Assembly (NCBI GenBank): GCA_045637985.1
Contig: JAZUAM010000020.1
Coordinates: 184 to 64,183 of the forward strand
Origin: Alphaproteobacteria bacterium
Lineage (GTDB): Bacteria; Pseudomonadota; Alphaproteobacteria; RF32; CAG-239
Reading direction: 5' to 3'
DNA length: 64,000 nt
Part shown: in pieces, positions 45,030-55,759 of the stretch
Position numbering within the stretch: the stretch's first letter is position 1
How the letters are laid out: every line of letters begins with the position of its first letter
Translations under genes and position numbers: made by a program
Notes under the pieces: generated by a model
What the model was told of the DNA's origin: nothing
Seen by the model: the letters and a program-made list of their open reading frames with translations, nothing else
Databases searched by the model: none

Positions 45030-45785
45030 ATGACAACATTTAACAAAGTTTTCCGCACAGCGGAGGGTACAGTTTTCACAAAGATCAACGCATCTGAATC
45101 TGCAACATTTTTAGGTAACTACATTACTGTTATTGACAACAAAGCTATTGCTGTCGTTGATGGACTGGAAGTTCCAATGCCGGAGGTTCTCTATAACGAG
45201 ATTGGTGTAGAGTATCATTTCGTGGATTTCTACGCACATGGCGAGAAAATGGCAAAGAAGCACGGTGTGTATTTCGCTGTGAAGCAGGAACCTATCCGCG
45301 TATGGAAGAACGTGAAGCCGGGAGAAACAATCCGCACAGTGATTGATGGCTACGAGGAGCATTCTGTTGCACTCGATGAGAACAGTGTCGCTGCTCAGAA
45401 CGTGGTTAAGAACGAGTTCTATGCCATTCCTAAGAAGGTTTTGGAAGAAAAGTATCGTTATGACCATTCAGAGTTCGATTACGATCTCTATGTGCCTAAG
45501 TCAGATGCGGTTTCTCAGTGGGTGTATTCGGATGTTAACGTGTTTGGTGTTCTTTGGGGCGGCCTTGAGTTCTTGACTACTCCGATGATTAACATTACCA
45601 ACCCGGATGATTGTTACGGATGTAACTATGTCGTATGGTGGGGAAATGACGGACGCCTTTCAAGTTATCGTGTTTTGGGATACTTCCGCGCTTGTGGAAC
45701 CAAGTTCTACGAACTTCCTTGCGGAGAGCCGGTCAAAGTGGCTTTGGCTAGTTTCGAGCCACCAAGAGTATTGGTTTGTTGCTAA
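45030..45785 (+). CDS. Orphan hypothetical protein (251 aa) with foreign codon usage
   Basis: This is a long clean ORF followed by a strong terminator. Its codon choice is visibly different from its neighbours (AAG, GAG, TTC, AAC, GTG preferred over AAA, GAA, TTT, AAT, GTT). No Shine-Dalgarno sequence precedes the ATG, and I recognise no motif. Confidence 0.6.
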   Translation: MTTFNKVFRTAEGTVFTKINASESATFLGNYITVIDNKAIAVVDGLEVPMPEVLYNEIGVEYHFVDFYAHGEKMAKKHGVYFAVKQEPIRVWKNVKPGETIRTVIDGYEEHSVALDENSVAAQNVVKNEFYAIPKKVLEEKYRYDHSEFDYDLYVPKSDAVSQWVYSDVNVFGVLWGGLEFLTTPMINITNPDDCYGCNYVVWWGNDGRLSSYRVLGYFRACGTKFYELPCGEPVKVALASFEPPRVLVCC

Positions 45786-45803
45786 TATTTTTGAAAAAAA
45801 TAA

Positions 45804-45840
45804 AAAAGTCTTGCACCTTTATGGGTGCGGGGCTTTTTTT
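45804..45840 (+). terminator. Terminator of the orphan gene
   Basis: The hairpin aaaagtcttgcacc-tttat-ggtgcggggctttt has a ~14-bp stem including G-U pairs and is followed by a T-run. Confidence 0.75.
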
Positions 45841-45865
45841 ATCCATACAATTTCAAACAAATTTC

Positions 45866-45894
45866 TTGCAATCATTCGGATATAAGTTTATTCT
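45866..45894 (+). promoter_or_regulatory. Sigma70-type promoter of rnpB (TTGCAA-N17-TATTCT)
   Basis: The -35 is at 45866-45871 and the -10 at 45889-45894. The predicted start is a few nt before the RNase P RNA P1 stem. Confidence 0.5.
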
Positions 45895-45905
45895 TCAATA
45901 CTGAC

Positions 45906-46308
45906 AGATAAGATAGTCGGACAGTCGCGCCATAGCTTATGCCTATGGTGAGGAAAGTCCGGGCTTCAAGGGAACACGATACCGGATAACGTCCGGCTGG
46001 GGGAACCCAAGGGAAAGTGCCACAGAGATATACCGCCGTACTATATGTTCGGTAAGGCTGAAAAGGCGAGGTAAGAGCTCACCGCGGTGGTGGTAACATC
46101 ATCGGTCCAGGTAAACCCTATCGGATGCAAGACCAAGTTAGGAGCGCATAGGTGTTATTTTTTTATAGCAAACCATGTGATATGGAGCGTTCTCTCTCCA
46201 CTCCAGAGGTAGGTCGCGACGAGCCGTTTGGTAACAATCGGCCCAGATGAATGGCTGTCGATTTGAGCTTGCTCAAATTACAGAACCCGGCTTATAGACT
46301 GTCTTATT
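45906..46308 (+). ncRNA. rnpB: RNase P RNA, bacterial type A
   Basis: The universal P4 strands GAGGAAAGTCCGGGCT (45950s) and ACAGAACCCGGCTTAT (46280s) are present, as are GGTAAGAGCTCACCG and CCAGATGAATGGCTGTC. P1 pairing is ataagatagtc with gactgtcttat. By eye the sequence is collinear with E. coli M1 RNA. Confidence 0.93.
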
Positions 46309-46333
46309 TGTTTTTTTGCAATGAGGGATAAAT

Positions 46334-47182
46334 ATGCAACAAACTATTGCCAGAGAAATAACTATTACGGGGGTTGGTCTTCATTCCGGAGCAAATTCAA
46401 CCATCATCTTTAAACCGGCTTCCGAAAATACCGGAATCATATTTAAGCGTACTGATATCAAAAACACAGATTTGATAAAGGGTACATATAACAATGTTGT
46501 TGATACAAAAAATTGTACATGTCTTGGTGATAAATCCGGAAATATTATTTCAACAATTGAACATCTTATGGCGGCATTGGCAGTACTGCAAATTGATAAT
46601 CTTCAGGTTGAAATAAATTCTCCGGAAATGCCGATAATGGACGGATCAGCAACAATCTTTTTTACAGAATTGGAAAAAGCCGGTATAAAAAAACAAAACT
46701 CTCTTCGTCGCCGTATTAAAGTGCTGAAAGAAGTAAAATTTTCAGATGACAAAGGTAATACAATTTCGTTATCTCCGGATAATGATTTTTCTGTTCATTT
46801 TACAATAGAATTTCCATCTAAAATTGTCGGACATCAAGAGTTTGATAATATAATAACCAAAGATATTTTTGCCAAAGAGATTGCTCCGTGTCGCACTTTT
46901 TGCGAAAAATACCAAATTGACTATCTTCGTTCTATAGGACTAATCAAGGGTGGAAGTTTGGATAATGCGGTTGTTCTTGATGGTGAAAAAATAATGAACC
47001 CCGATGGTTTTAAGGTGCCGAATGAATGTGTGAATCACAAAGTTTTAGATGCTATCGGTGATATGTACACTGCAGGTTTGCCGATAATCGGACGTCTAAA
47101 GGCTGCCAAAACGGGACATTTTCACAATAATCAAATACTAAAATTATTGTTTGCAGATGAAACAAATTATGAAATTATATAA
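46334..47182 (+). CDS. lpxC: UDP-3-O-acyl-N-acetylglucosamine deacetylase
   Basis: It contains QQTIAREITITGVGLHSG...TIEHLMAALA...PIMDGSA...HKVLDAIGD. Confidence 0.9.
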   Translation: MQQTIAREITITGVGLHSGANSTIIFKPASENTGIIFKRTDIKNTDLIKGTYNNVVDTKNCTCLGDKSGNIISTIEHLMAALAVLQIDNLQVEINSPEMPIMDGSATIFFTELEKAGIKKQNSLRRRIKVLKEVKFSDDKGNTISLSPDNDFSVHFTIEFPSKIVGHQEFDNIITKDIFAKEIAPCRTFCEKYQIDYLRSIGLIKGGSLDNAVVLDGEKIMNPDGFKVPNECVNHKVLDAIGDMYTAGLPIIGRLKAAKTGHFHNNQILKLLFADETNYEII

Positions 47183-47194
47183 GGGAAAACACAA

Positions 47195-47920
47195 ATGAAA
47201 AAACTTGCTTTAGGACTTTTGCTTTTAACAGCGGCTTGTGCATCAACAACAGTTGAAAAATCAAACTTATCAGCCGAAGAATTATACAATATGGGATATG
47301 CGGAGATGGAACAAACCGCATGGGCAAAAGCCGCAACATCATTTGAAACCATTGAGTTGGAACATCCTTATTCCAAATGGGCAACCAAGGCAAAATTAAT
47401 GGCTGCATATTCATATTACAATGATGAAAAATATGATGATGCCATTTTAAGTTTAGACAGATTTATTCACTATCACCCCGGTAACCAAGACATTGATTAC
47501 GCATACTACATGAAAGGGCTGTGCTATTATGATCAGATAGTAAGCTCAGAAAAAGACCAAGATATCACAGCTAAAGCTCAAGAAGCATTTGAACAAGTTA
47601 TTGTTCGTTTTCCGGATTCAAAATATGCCAAAGATGCAAAAGGTAAAATGGCATTAATACGTGATCATCTGGCCGGACAAGAGATGGCAGTAGGTCGTTA
47701 TTATCTGGAGCAAAAAAATTATTTATCGGCATTAAACCGTTTTTCAACAGTTGTAAAAGATTATCAATCAACACCGCAAATTGAAGAAGCTCTTTATCGT
47801 CAAATTGAAATTTATACAATTTTAGGATTAAAACAAGAGGCAGCTCAAACCATAAGGATATTAGGTCATAATTATCCTGACAGCAAATGGTATAAAATGT
47901 CCAAAGAGCTAGAGGGGTAA
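47195..47920 (+). CDS. bamD: Outer membrane protein assembly factor BamD
   Basis: It has a lipoprotein signal (LLLLTAACAS) and TPR-like repeats (YfiO pattern: YYNDEKYDDAI, HPGNQDIDYAYYMKGLCYY, YPDSKYAKDA). Confidence 0.8.
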   Translation: MKKLALGLLLLTAACASTTVEKSNLSAEELYNMGYAEMEQTAWAKAATSFETIELEHPYSKWATKAKLMAAYSYYNDEKYDDAILSLDRFIHYHPGNQDIDYAYYMKGLCYYDQIVSSEKDQDITAKAQEAFEQVIVRFPDSKYAKDAKGKMALIRDHLAGQEMAVGRYYLEQKNYLSALNRFSTVVKDYQSTPQIEEALYRQIEIYTILGLKQEAAQTIRILGHNYPDSKWYKMSKELEG

Positions 47921-47929
47921 GACAAAATT

Positions 47930-49588
47930 ATGTTGCGCTCGCTCAGTATCAGCAACGTTGTTTTGATTGATCGGTTGGATATTGATTTTGAAGCCGGTTT
48001 TGGTGTTTTAACCGGTGAAACCGGAGCCGGTAAATCAATTCTGTTAGATTCTCTCGGTTTGGTATTAGGTAAACGAGCCGAAACCTCAATGATACGAAAA
48101 GGCGCAGAAAAACTTTCTGTAACTGCTGTTTTTGACAATATTTCGGATGCTGATTTTCAAAAACTTTTGTCTGATAATGAACTTGAATCAGATACCGAAA
48201 TTATGATTAAACGAACACTAACATCAACCGGTAGCGGTAAAATATTTTTTAACGATCAACCAATTTCCGCAAAGCTATTAAAAGAAATAGGCAAATATTT
48301 AGTCGAGATACATGGTCAGTTTGATAATCAAGGATTGTTAAATCCTGCAAATCACATATCTGTTTTGGATGAATTTGGAGGATATGATGACATTTTGTTA
48401 GCTTGTTATCAAAGTTATCATGCGTATACTCACGCATCAAAAACACTTTTAGAGGCCGAATCAAACATAGCTAAAGCCAAAGAAGATGAAGAAAACCTTC
48501 GTCATTGGATAAAAGAGCTTGAACAAATATCACCCTGTAAAGGAGAATTTGAAAAACTCCAACAACGCCGACAAGAATTGATGCATGCCGAAAAGATAAT
48601 TGAAAATTTAAACTATGCATATTTAGCGCTTACTCAAGGAAAAGATATTTCTTCTTCAATCAGAAGCGCTCAAAGCGGAATAGACAAAGCTAATTCATAT
48701 GTCGATGGTAAATACGATGAAATATATTCAGCTTTGGACAGAGCCTTAATCGAAATAACCGATGTTGTTGATCGCATAGAAAGCGCATCAATCGACATAG
48801 GAGTTGACACAGGCGAGCAAGAAAGTATCGACAGTCGTATTTTTGCATTAAAAGATATTGCTCGCAAACACAATGTAACGGTTGATGAGTTACCTGAAAC
48901 ATTAGAAAAATTCAAACAACAGCTATCATCAATCGAACTTGGCGAAGATGGTCTCAGTGTTTTACGCCAAGAAGAACAAAAAACACGTCTTGCATATATA
49001 GAAGCATCAAATAATCTGCATAAAGCTCGTTGCAATAGTGCTAAAGAACTTGACAATCTGGTTATGAAAGAACTTCCTCCGCTTAAGATGGAAAAAGCCA
49101 AATTTATCACTATCATTGAACAAAAAGGAGAAACAGGTTGGTCGGCAAAAGGATGTGATGATGTTTGTTTCACTGTCGCAACCAATCCTAATTCGCCTCA
49201 AGGCCCCATAAATAAAATAGCATCCGGTGGCGAACTTTCACGCTTTATGTTGGCTCTTAAAGTCAATTTGGCGCAAACATCAAGCATTCCTACAATGATT
49301 TTTGATGAGGTTGATGCCGGAATTGGCGGAGCAGTTGCCCAAGCCGTAGGCGAAAGACTTGCTCGTCTGGGAAAAGGAGTTCAGGTTTTGGTAGTAACAC
49401 ATGCTCCTCAAGTTGCCGCTCTTGGTTCATATCATTTTAAAGTTGCCAAACATACTCAGGATGATATAACAACAACAACGGTCTATCAATTATCACAAAC
49501 CGATCGCCAAGAAGAAATTGCTCGAATGTTGGCCGGTGAAATAATAACCGATGAGGCTCGTGCCGCAGCCCTAAAACTAATGAAATAA
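47930..49588 (+). CDS. recN: DNA repair protein RecN
   Basis: It begins MLRSLSISNVVLIDRLDIDFEAGFGVLTGETGAGKSIL, has a long coiled coil, and has C-terminal ASGGELSRFMLALK and IFDEVDAGIGG motifs. Confidence 0.9.
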   Translation: MLRSLSISNVVLIDRLDIDFEAGFGVLTGETGAGKSILLDSLGLVLGKRAETSMIRKGAEKLSVTAVFDNISDADFQKLLSDNELESDTEIMIKRTLTSTGSGKIFFNDQPISAKLLKEIGKYLVEIHGQFDNQGLLNPANHISVLDEFGGYDDILLACYQSYHAYTHASKTLLEAESNIAKAKEDEENLRHWIKELEQISPCKGEFEKLQQRRQELMHAEKIIENLNYAYLALTQGKDISSSIRSAQSGIDKANSYVDGKYDEIYSALDRALIEITDVVDRIESASIDIGVDTGEQESIDSRIFALKDIARKHNVTVDELPETLEKFKQQLSSIELGEDGLSVLRQEEQKTRLAYIEASNNLHKARCNSAKELDNLVMKELPPLKMEKAKFITIIEQKGETGWSAKGCDDVCFTVATNPNSPQGPINKIASGGELSRFMLALKVNLAQTSSIPTMIFDEVDAGIGGAVAQAVGERLARLGKGVQVLVVTHAPQVAALGSYHFKVAKHTQDDITTTTVYQLSQTDRQEEIARMLAGEIITDEARAAALKLMK

Positions 49589-49604
49589 TAAAAGGAATAA
49601 AATT

Positions 49605-51035
49605 ATGAAAACACGTACACGTTTTGCCCCCAGCCCGACAGGATATATGCATATCGGAAACTTGCGTACGGCATTATACGAATATTTGATAGCAAAAGCA
49701 CAAGGGGGAGATTTCTTGTTGCGTATAGAAGATACAGATCAAAAACGTTATGTTGAAGGGGCAACCGATATTATTTATTCAACCTTAAAAATGGTCGGGA
49801 TGAATTGGGATGAAGGTCCTGATATCGGAGGAGATTTCGGACCATATGTTCAATCCGAACGCAAAGATTTATATGCTCCTTATGCCCATAAATTAGTCGA
49901 ACTTGGTGGCGCACACTATTGTTTTTGTGCTGAACGAGAAAAACAAGTTGATGATGAAGGCAACGAAATTATCGCCAAATTTGAAGATCCTTGCAAACAT
50001 ATTTCTTTAGAAGAGGCAAAAAAACGTGTTGCTGCCGGCGAACCTTATGTTATTCGCCAAACCATTAACAAAAAAGGCAAATCACAATACGAAGACAAAG
50101 TTTACGGTACAATCGAGATTGACTATGACGAATTAGATGAGGGCGTATTACTAAAAAGCGACGGTTTTCCGACATATAACTTTGCCAATGTTATTGATGA
50201 TCATTTGATGAATGTAACGCATGTTGTCAGAGGAAGCGAATATTTACCGTCAACTCCTAAATATAATTTGATGTATGATACATTCGGTTGGGAAAGACCT
50301 GTGTATGTTCATTTACCTCCGGTAATGAAAGATGCCCAACATAAATTATCTAAACGCAATGGCGATGCCTCGTTTCAAGATTTGGTTGCCAAAGGCTATT
50401 TGCCGGAAGCTATCATCAATTATATAGCCCTTCTTGGTTGGAATCCCGGAACCGAAGAAGAAATTTTTTCAATCAAAGAGTTAGAAAAAATCTTTTCGGT
50501 AGAAAGATTAAACAAATCACCATCGATTTTTGATATTGTAAAATTGACTTGGATGAATGGTGTTTATATTCGTAATTTAAGTGAAGAAGATTTTTATGAA
50601 AAAGCTTTGCCGTATTTTGTTGATTTGCCGAATGGTGTTGATACTCACGCATTGGCTCGCGCACTTCAACCGCGTATTGAAACTTTGGCACAAATAGCCG
50701 AGCAAATTGCTTTTGTAAAAGAAGTTCCCGAATATTCAACCGAGCTTTACATTAACAAAAAGATGAAAACAGACATTGAAGTTGCCAAAAAAGCTCTGCC
50801 GTTGATTAAAGACGTTTTGTTAACTCAAACCGAGTGGAACAATGATGCTTTGTTTGCATCATTAAAATCTTTGGCTGAAGCTAATGAGATGAAAAACGGT
50901 CAGATTTTATATCCTGCCCGTATTGCTTTTTCCGGTCTTGAAACCACCCCCGGAGGCGCAACGGAATTAGCCGTTGTTTTAGGCAAAGAAGAATGCTTAA
51001 AACGCATTGACGATACCATCAAAAAATTAAGCTGA
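49605..51035 (+). CDS. gltX: Glutamate--tRNA ligase
   Basis: It contains RFAPSPTGYMHIGNLRTALYEYL (HIGH region) and a KLSKR (KMSKS-type) motif. Confidence 0.95.
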   Translation: MKTRTRFAPSPTGYMHIGNLRTALYEYLIAKAQGGDFLLRIEDTDQKRYVEGATDIIYSTLKMVGMNWDEGPDIGGDFGPYVQSERKDLYAPYAHKLVELGGAHYCFCAEREKQVDDEGNEIIAKFEDPCKHISLEEAKKRVAAGEPYVIRQTINKKGKSQYEDKVYGTIEIDYDELDEGVLLKSDGFPTYNFANVIDDHLMNVTHVVRGSEYLPSTPKYNLMYDTFGWERPVYVHLPPVMKDAQHKLSKRNGDASFQDLVAKGYLPEAIINYIALLGWNPGTEEEIFSIKELEKIFSVERLNKSPSIFDIVKLTWMNGVYIRNLSEEDFYEKALPYFVDLPNGVDTHALARALQPRIETLAQIAEQIAFVKEVPEYSTELYINKKMKTDIEVAKKALPLIKDVLLTQTEWNNDALFASLKSLAEANEMKNGQILYPARIAFSGLETTPGGATELAVVLGKEECLKRIDDTIKKLS

Positions 51036-51041
51036 TATTAC

Positions 51042-51075
51042 AAAAAAAGCTCCGAAAATTCGGAGCTTTACTTTA
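51042..51075. terminator. Bidirectional terminator (gltX / argS)
   Basis: The hairpin aaagctccg-aaaatt-cggagcttt has flanking A and T runs. Confidence 0.8.
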
Positions 51076-51076
51076 C

Positions 51077-52816
51077 TTAAGCTTTTTTAAGCATAACTTC
51101 CGGTGCTTCTATACCCAGAAGATATAACAATTTAACCAAGATATCTCTGACAAGTTTAGCCAAGGCTAATCGAGACTGAGCAATATCCGTACTTTCTGCA
51201 CTCATAATCGGTGAAGCGTTATAAAAACCGGAAAATACTTGAGCTAATGTATATGCATAATCTGCAATTATACTAGGTTCTTTTTCATTATGCGCTCTCA
51301 TAACCACGGCATTAAGCTGAGCCACTTTCAAGGCTAAATCACGTTCTTCTTTATTTGATATTATAATATCTGCCGGCTTCATATTTTTTTCGGTAGCTTT
51401 ACGCAAAATAGAATTAATTCTGGCAACGGCATATTGAATATATGGTCCTGTTTTGCCTTCAAACTTAGCAAAATCATCCAAATCAAAAACATATCCCGAA
51501 GCCGTATTGTTTTTCAAATCCTGAAATTTTATAGCGCCGATAGCAACTTGGTTTACCAATTTTTCAATTTCTTTTTCGCCATATCCTTCAACTTCTCCGG
51601 CAGCAGGAATAGATTCTCTGACCTTATCTTTTGACATCTTAATCAAGTTTTCCAAAGTCATAACACCACCGTCACGGGTCTTAAACGGTTTTCCGTCCTT
51701 GCCGTTTACCGTGCCGAAACCATAGTGTTTCATTACTAAATTAGGTGCAAATTTCAACTTTTTAACCGATTGGAAAACTTGTTCAAAATGAAGTGATTGC
51801 CGTTGATCAACAAAATAATAGACTTCATCAGCTTTCAAATCTTCAACACGCATTTTAATTGTCGCAATATCGGTAATCTGATAACCGAAACCTCCGTCTC
51901 TTTTAATCAAAATTGTCGGGGGCATAGGTTTGTTTGTTTCTTCCAAACGCATAATAAGTGCGCCGTCATCCATTTCAGCCAACCCCATATTTTTTGCCAT
52001 ATCGACAACTTCATCGCTTGCCGTGTGAGCATCACTTTCGCCGAGCCACAAATCAAAATTGACATCCAAAGCTTCATAATTTTGCTTAACCGCATCAACA
52101 GAAATATCTCTGATATAGCGCCAAGCTTTACGATATTCCTTAACACCGTCTTGCAATTTTGCAGTAATAACACGAGCTGTTTCTTTTGCTGTTTCGTCTT
52201 CTTTGCAACGGATGTTGGCTTTTTTATAAAATTCGGTAATTTCATCAACATTATAGCTCGTTGCTTTACTCAAATCACCATCATGATTGATAATTTCAGC
52301 CAAAATCATACCCATCGGAGTACCCCAATCACCGAAGTGTACATCAGAAATTACCTTGTTACCCAAAAAGCGTTCGATTCTCGAAACCGCTTCGCCGATA
52401 ACTCCTGAACGCAAATGACCGACATGCATGGCTTTGGCTACATTTGGTCCGCCATAATCCAAAACGACTGTTTTGGGGTTTTTAATTTTTTCAATACCAA
52501 GCATTTCATCTTGCATCATATCTTGCATATTTTGGGCAATATATTCATTGGCAATCGAGATATTCAAAAATCCCGGTCCGTCAACAGAAACTTTTGCCAA
52601 ATCAGCATCATCAGCCAAAGCATTGGCAATCAGTGTTGCAATTTCACGAGGATTTTTTCTTTCACTCTTAGCCAGAGCCAAAGCACCATTACATTGAAAA
52701 TCACTAAGATCCGGTCTGTCAGAAACTTTGACGATTGCATATTTTTTATCAATGTTCAATTTTGCAAATACATTTTGCATTTTTTCACTGACTAAATTTT
52801 CTAAAGACAAATTCAT
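51077..52816 (-). CDS. argS: Arginine--tRNA ligase
   Basis: It has the HVGHLRS (HIGH) motif, is 579 aa long, and has a C-terminal DALR-type anticodon-binding region. Confidence 0.95.
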   Translation of the reverse strand: MNLSLENLVSEKMQNVFAKLNIDKKYAIVKVSDRPDLSDFQCNGALALAKSERKNPREIATLIANALADDADLAKVSVDGPGFLNISIANEYIAQNMQDMMQDEMLGIEKIKNPKTVVLDYGGPNVAKAMHVGHLRSGVIGEAVSRIERFLGNKVISDVHFGDWGTPMGMILAEIINHDGDLSKATSYNVDEITEFYKKANIRCKEDETAKETARVITAKLQDGVKEYRKAWRYIRDISVDAVKQNYEALDVNFDLWLGESDAHTASDEVVDMAKNMGLAEMDDGALIMRLEETNKPMPPTILIKRDGGFGYQITDIATIKMRVEDLKADEVYYFVDQRQSLHFEQVFQSVKKLKFAPNLVMKHYGFGTVNGKDGKPFKTRDGGVMTLENLIKMSKDKVRESIPAAGEVEGYGEKEIEKLVNQVAIGAIKFQDLKNNTASGYVFDLDDFAKFEGKTGPYIQYAVARINSILRKATEKNMKPADIIISNKEERDLALKVAQLNAVVMRAHNEKEPSIIADYAYTLAQVFSGFYNASPIMSAESTDIAQSRLALAKLVRDILVKLLYLLGIEAPEVMLKKA

Positions 52817-52829
52817 TTTTTATGATTCC

Positions 52830-53147
52830 TTATTTTTCACACTTAAAATAAAAATGGTTCGGAACAAGCAATCTGCACGTAAATATTGTTTGTTTAATCG
52901 GCGTTGCTTTTGTTCCTGTTTTATGTTTTTTGCATTCATCATCGGCCAGAGTTTGAACTTCGGTAAAATCTGTCAACAAACGATTATAACAAATTGCCGG
53001 CTCTTGAGGTGTTGATTCTCCGACATATAATCCGCCTTCAGCCAAACCTCCGGCCTCCCTTCGTCGATCAACAAATGGTCCTAATTGCGCACATCCGCAA
53101 AGAATTGATATCAAAACAACAATATTAATAAATTTCACTCTTGCCAA
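52830..53147 (-). CDS. Small putative lipoprotein
   Basis: It begins (M)KFINIVVLISILCGCAQ with a lipobox-like LCGC. The GTG at 53138 is a more likely start than the TTG at 53147. The gene lies 13 nt upstream of argS. Confidence 0.4.
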   Translation of the reverse strand: MARVKFINIVVLISILCGCAQLGPFVDRRREAGGLAEGGLYVGESTPQEPAICYNRLLTDFTEVQTLADDECKKHKTGTKATPIKQTIFTCRLLVPNHFYFKCEK

Positions 53148-53213
53148 TTTTACAAAACTCCCTATACTCTCCTCTTATAAAATATTTGACAACTATAGCA
53201 AGAAGAACAAAAA

Positions 53214-53798
53214 ATGCAAGCAAACAAATATATCGGAGATGAGAGTTTTCTTAAAATGTTGGATCATTATTCCTGTCCAACCCCTCTAAATGTAATCAAG
53301 ATGCGCTTTGCCGGTGCGATTTGTTCGCCAAACTTAAATTTGCGTCCGACCGACGTAATATCATCTTTTTGGGAAGAGGGCAGAGTTCCTCGTCTTCAAA
53401 CCAAAGAAGAAGCTGATTTATTTTTCAAATTTTTTATGGGGCTTTGGGATGAAGTTTTTGCCAATGTCAAAGACATCAAAATAAGACTTTCTGCCATCAA
53501 AGAAAAAGACGTACTCAGATATTGCCTAAAGCGCTATGATGAAATTGAACATGGTTATGTCGAAGGATTTTTTGGCGGACAAGAAAACATAAATGTTCCG
53601 GGGTATCTGGCTCAAATTGTCGATTCTCTTTCTGAGATGGCTGTATTATATCAAAAAATTGCTACCAAAGGTGAAGATAATCAGGCTGTTTGGGATGCCC
53701 TTAAACATACCGATAAGGTAGTCGAACGTTCAATATCGTTCATTATTGAAAACTCGGTTTTGCCTCGCATAGAAGATATCAAAAGAACCGTAAACTAA
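53214..53798 (+). CDS. Hypothetical protein (possibly UPF0149/YgfB-like)
   Basis: The evidence is weak pattern resemblance only. The ORF is clean with host-like composition. Confidence 0.3.
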   Translation: MQANKYIGDESFLKMLDHYSCPTPLNVIKMRFAGAICSPNLNLRPTDVISSFWEEGRVPRLQTKEEADLFFKFFMGLWDEVFANVKDIKIRLSAIKEKDVLRYCLKRYDEIEHGYVEGFFGGQENINVPGYLAQIVDSLSEMAVLYQKIATKGEDNQAVWDALKHTDKVVERSISFIIENSVLPRIEDIKRTVN

Positions 53799-53810
53799 AA
53801 AACAGCTAAG

Positions 53811-54461
53811 CTAAACCAACACGCAAGAATACAACACGGCAAAAAAATGCATTATCGTTCCGGTCAAAACAAAAAAGTGCCAGATTGCATGCGTATATTT
53901 ACGACTTTTCCAAATATAAAACAAAACCCCGAAAGTATAAAACAATCCACCCAAAATCAAAAACAACAATCCCAAATCAGGAACAGCTTTTGCCAAAGAT
54001 TTTGAAGCAAACACAATCAGCCATCCCATTGCCAAATAAAGGCTTATCGACCAAATTTTTGTTCCGCTTCCTGACGTTGTAAGTTTTAATACTGTCCCCA
54101 ATACAGCCAACCCCCAAACAATTCCGAACAAAACCCAACCGACAACGCCACGCATACTGACTAACAAAAATGGTGTATATGTTCCGGCAATAAGATAATA
54201 AATTGAAATATGATCAAATTTTTTTAAACAGCGTTTTACTCGTTCATCATTAAATGCATGATAAAGTGTCGATGCCGTATACAAAACCGTCATACTAACC
54301 CCAAAAATTATTGTTGAAACAATAACCCAAGCATCACCGTAAATTGATGAAAACACTGCCAACAAAACAAGTCCGGCAACACTCAGCCCGATACCCGTTC
54401 CATGAATAATACAATTCCAAAGTTCTTCTTTCGGAGTATATTTGGTTAAAGACACATTCAT
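53811..54461 (-). CDS. Hemolysin III / PAQR family membrane protein
   Basis: It has seven TM segments with conserved His positions (NCIIHGTG, YHAF, HISIYYLIAGTYTPF, HAIWHFFV). Confidence 0.85.
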   Translation of the reverse strand: MNVSLTKYTPKEELWNCIIHGTGIGLSVAGLVLLAVFSSIYGDAWVIVSTIIFGVSMTVLYTASTLYHAFNDERVKRCLKKFDHISIYYLIAGTYTPFLLVSMRGVVGWVLFGIVWGLAVLGTVLKLTTSGSGTKIWSISLYLAMGWLIVFASKSLAKAVPDLGLLFLILGGLFYTFGVLFYIWKSRKYTHAIWHFFVLTGTIMHFFAVLYSCVLV

Positions 54462-54537
54462 TATGCTCCTCCTTTTATTTCATAAATTTTATATTCTGGA
54501 CTAACATCCGTCAAGAAGGTACTTTTTTGTGCTTTAG

Positions 54538-55683
<1,146 letters not shown>

Positions 55684-55695
55684 TATTTTTGATTA

Positions 55696-55736
55696 AAAAC
55701 CCCTATCTTTTGATTAGGTAGGGGTTTTGTTTTTTA
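55696..55736 (+). terminator. gap terminator
   Basis: The hairpin aaaacccctat-...-taggggtttt is followed by a T-run. It overlaps the spurious track start of pgk. Confidence 0.75.
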
Positions 55737-55759
55737 TCATAAAATTTAAGGAATATAAA

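Noticed and set aside
51797-52795. Long plus-strand ORFs (203 aa and 126 aa) antisense to argS, and similar ORFs antisense to accC, uup, glgP and ftsI.
   Set aside because: All lie entirely within strongly supported conserved genes. They have skewed F/I/N/C-rich composition typical of antisense frames in AT-rich DNA.
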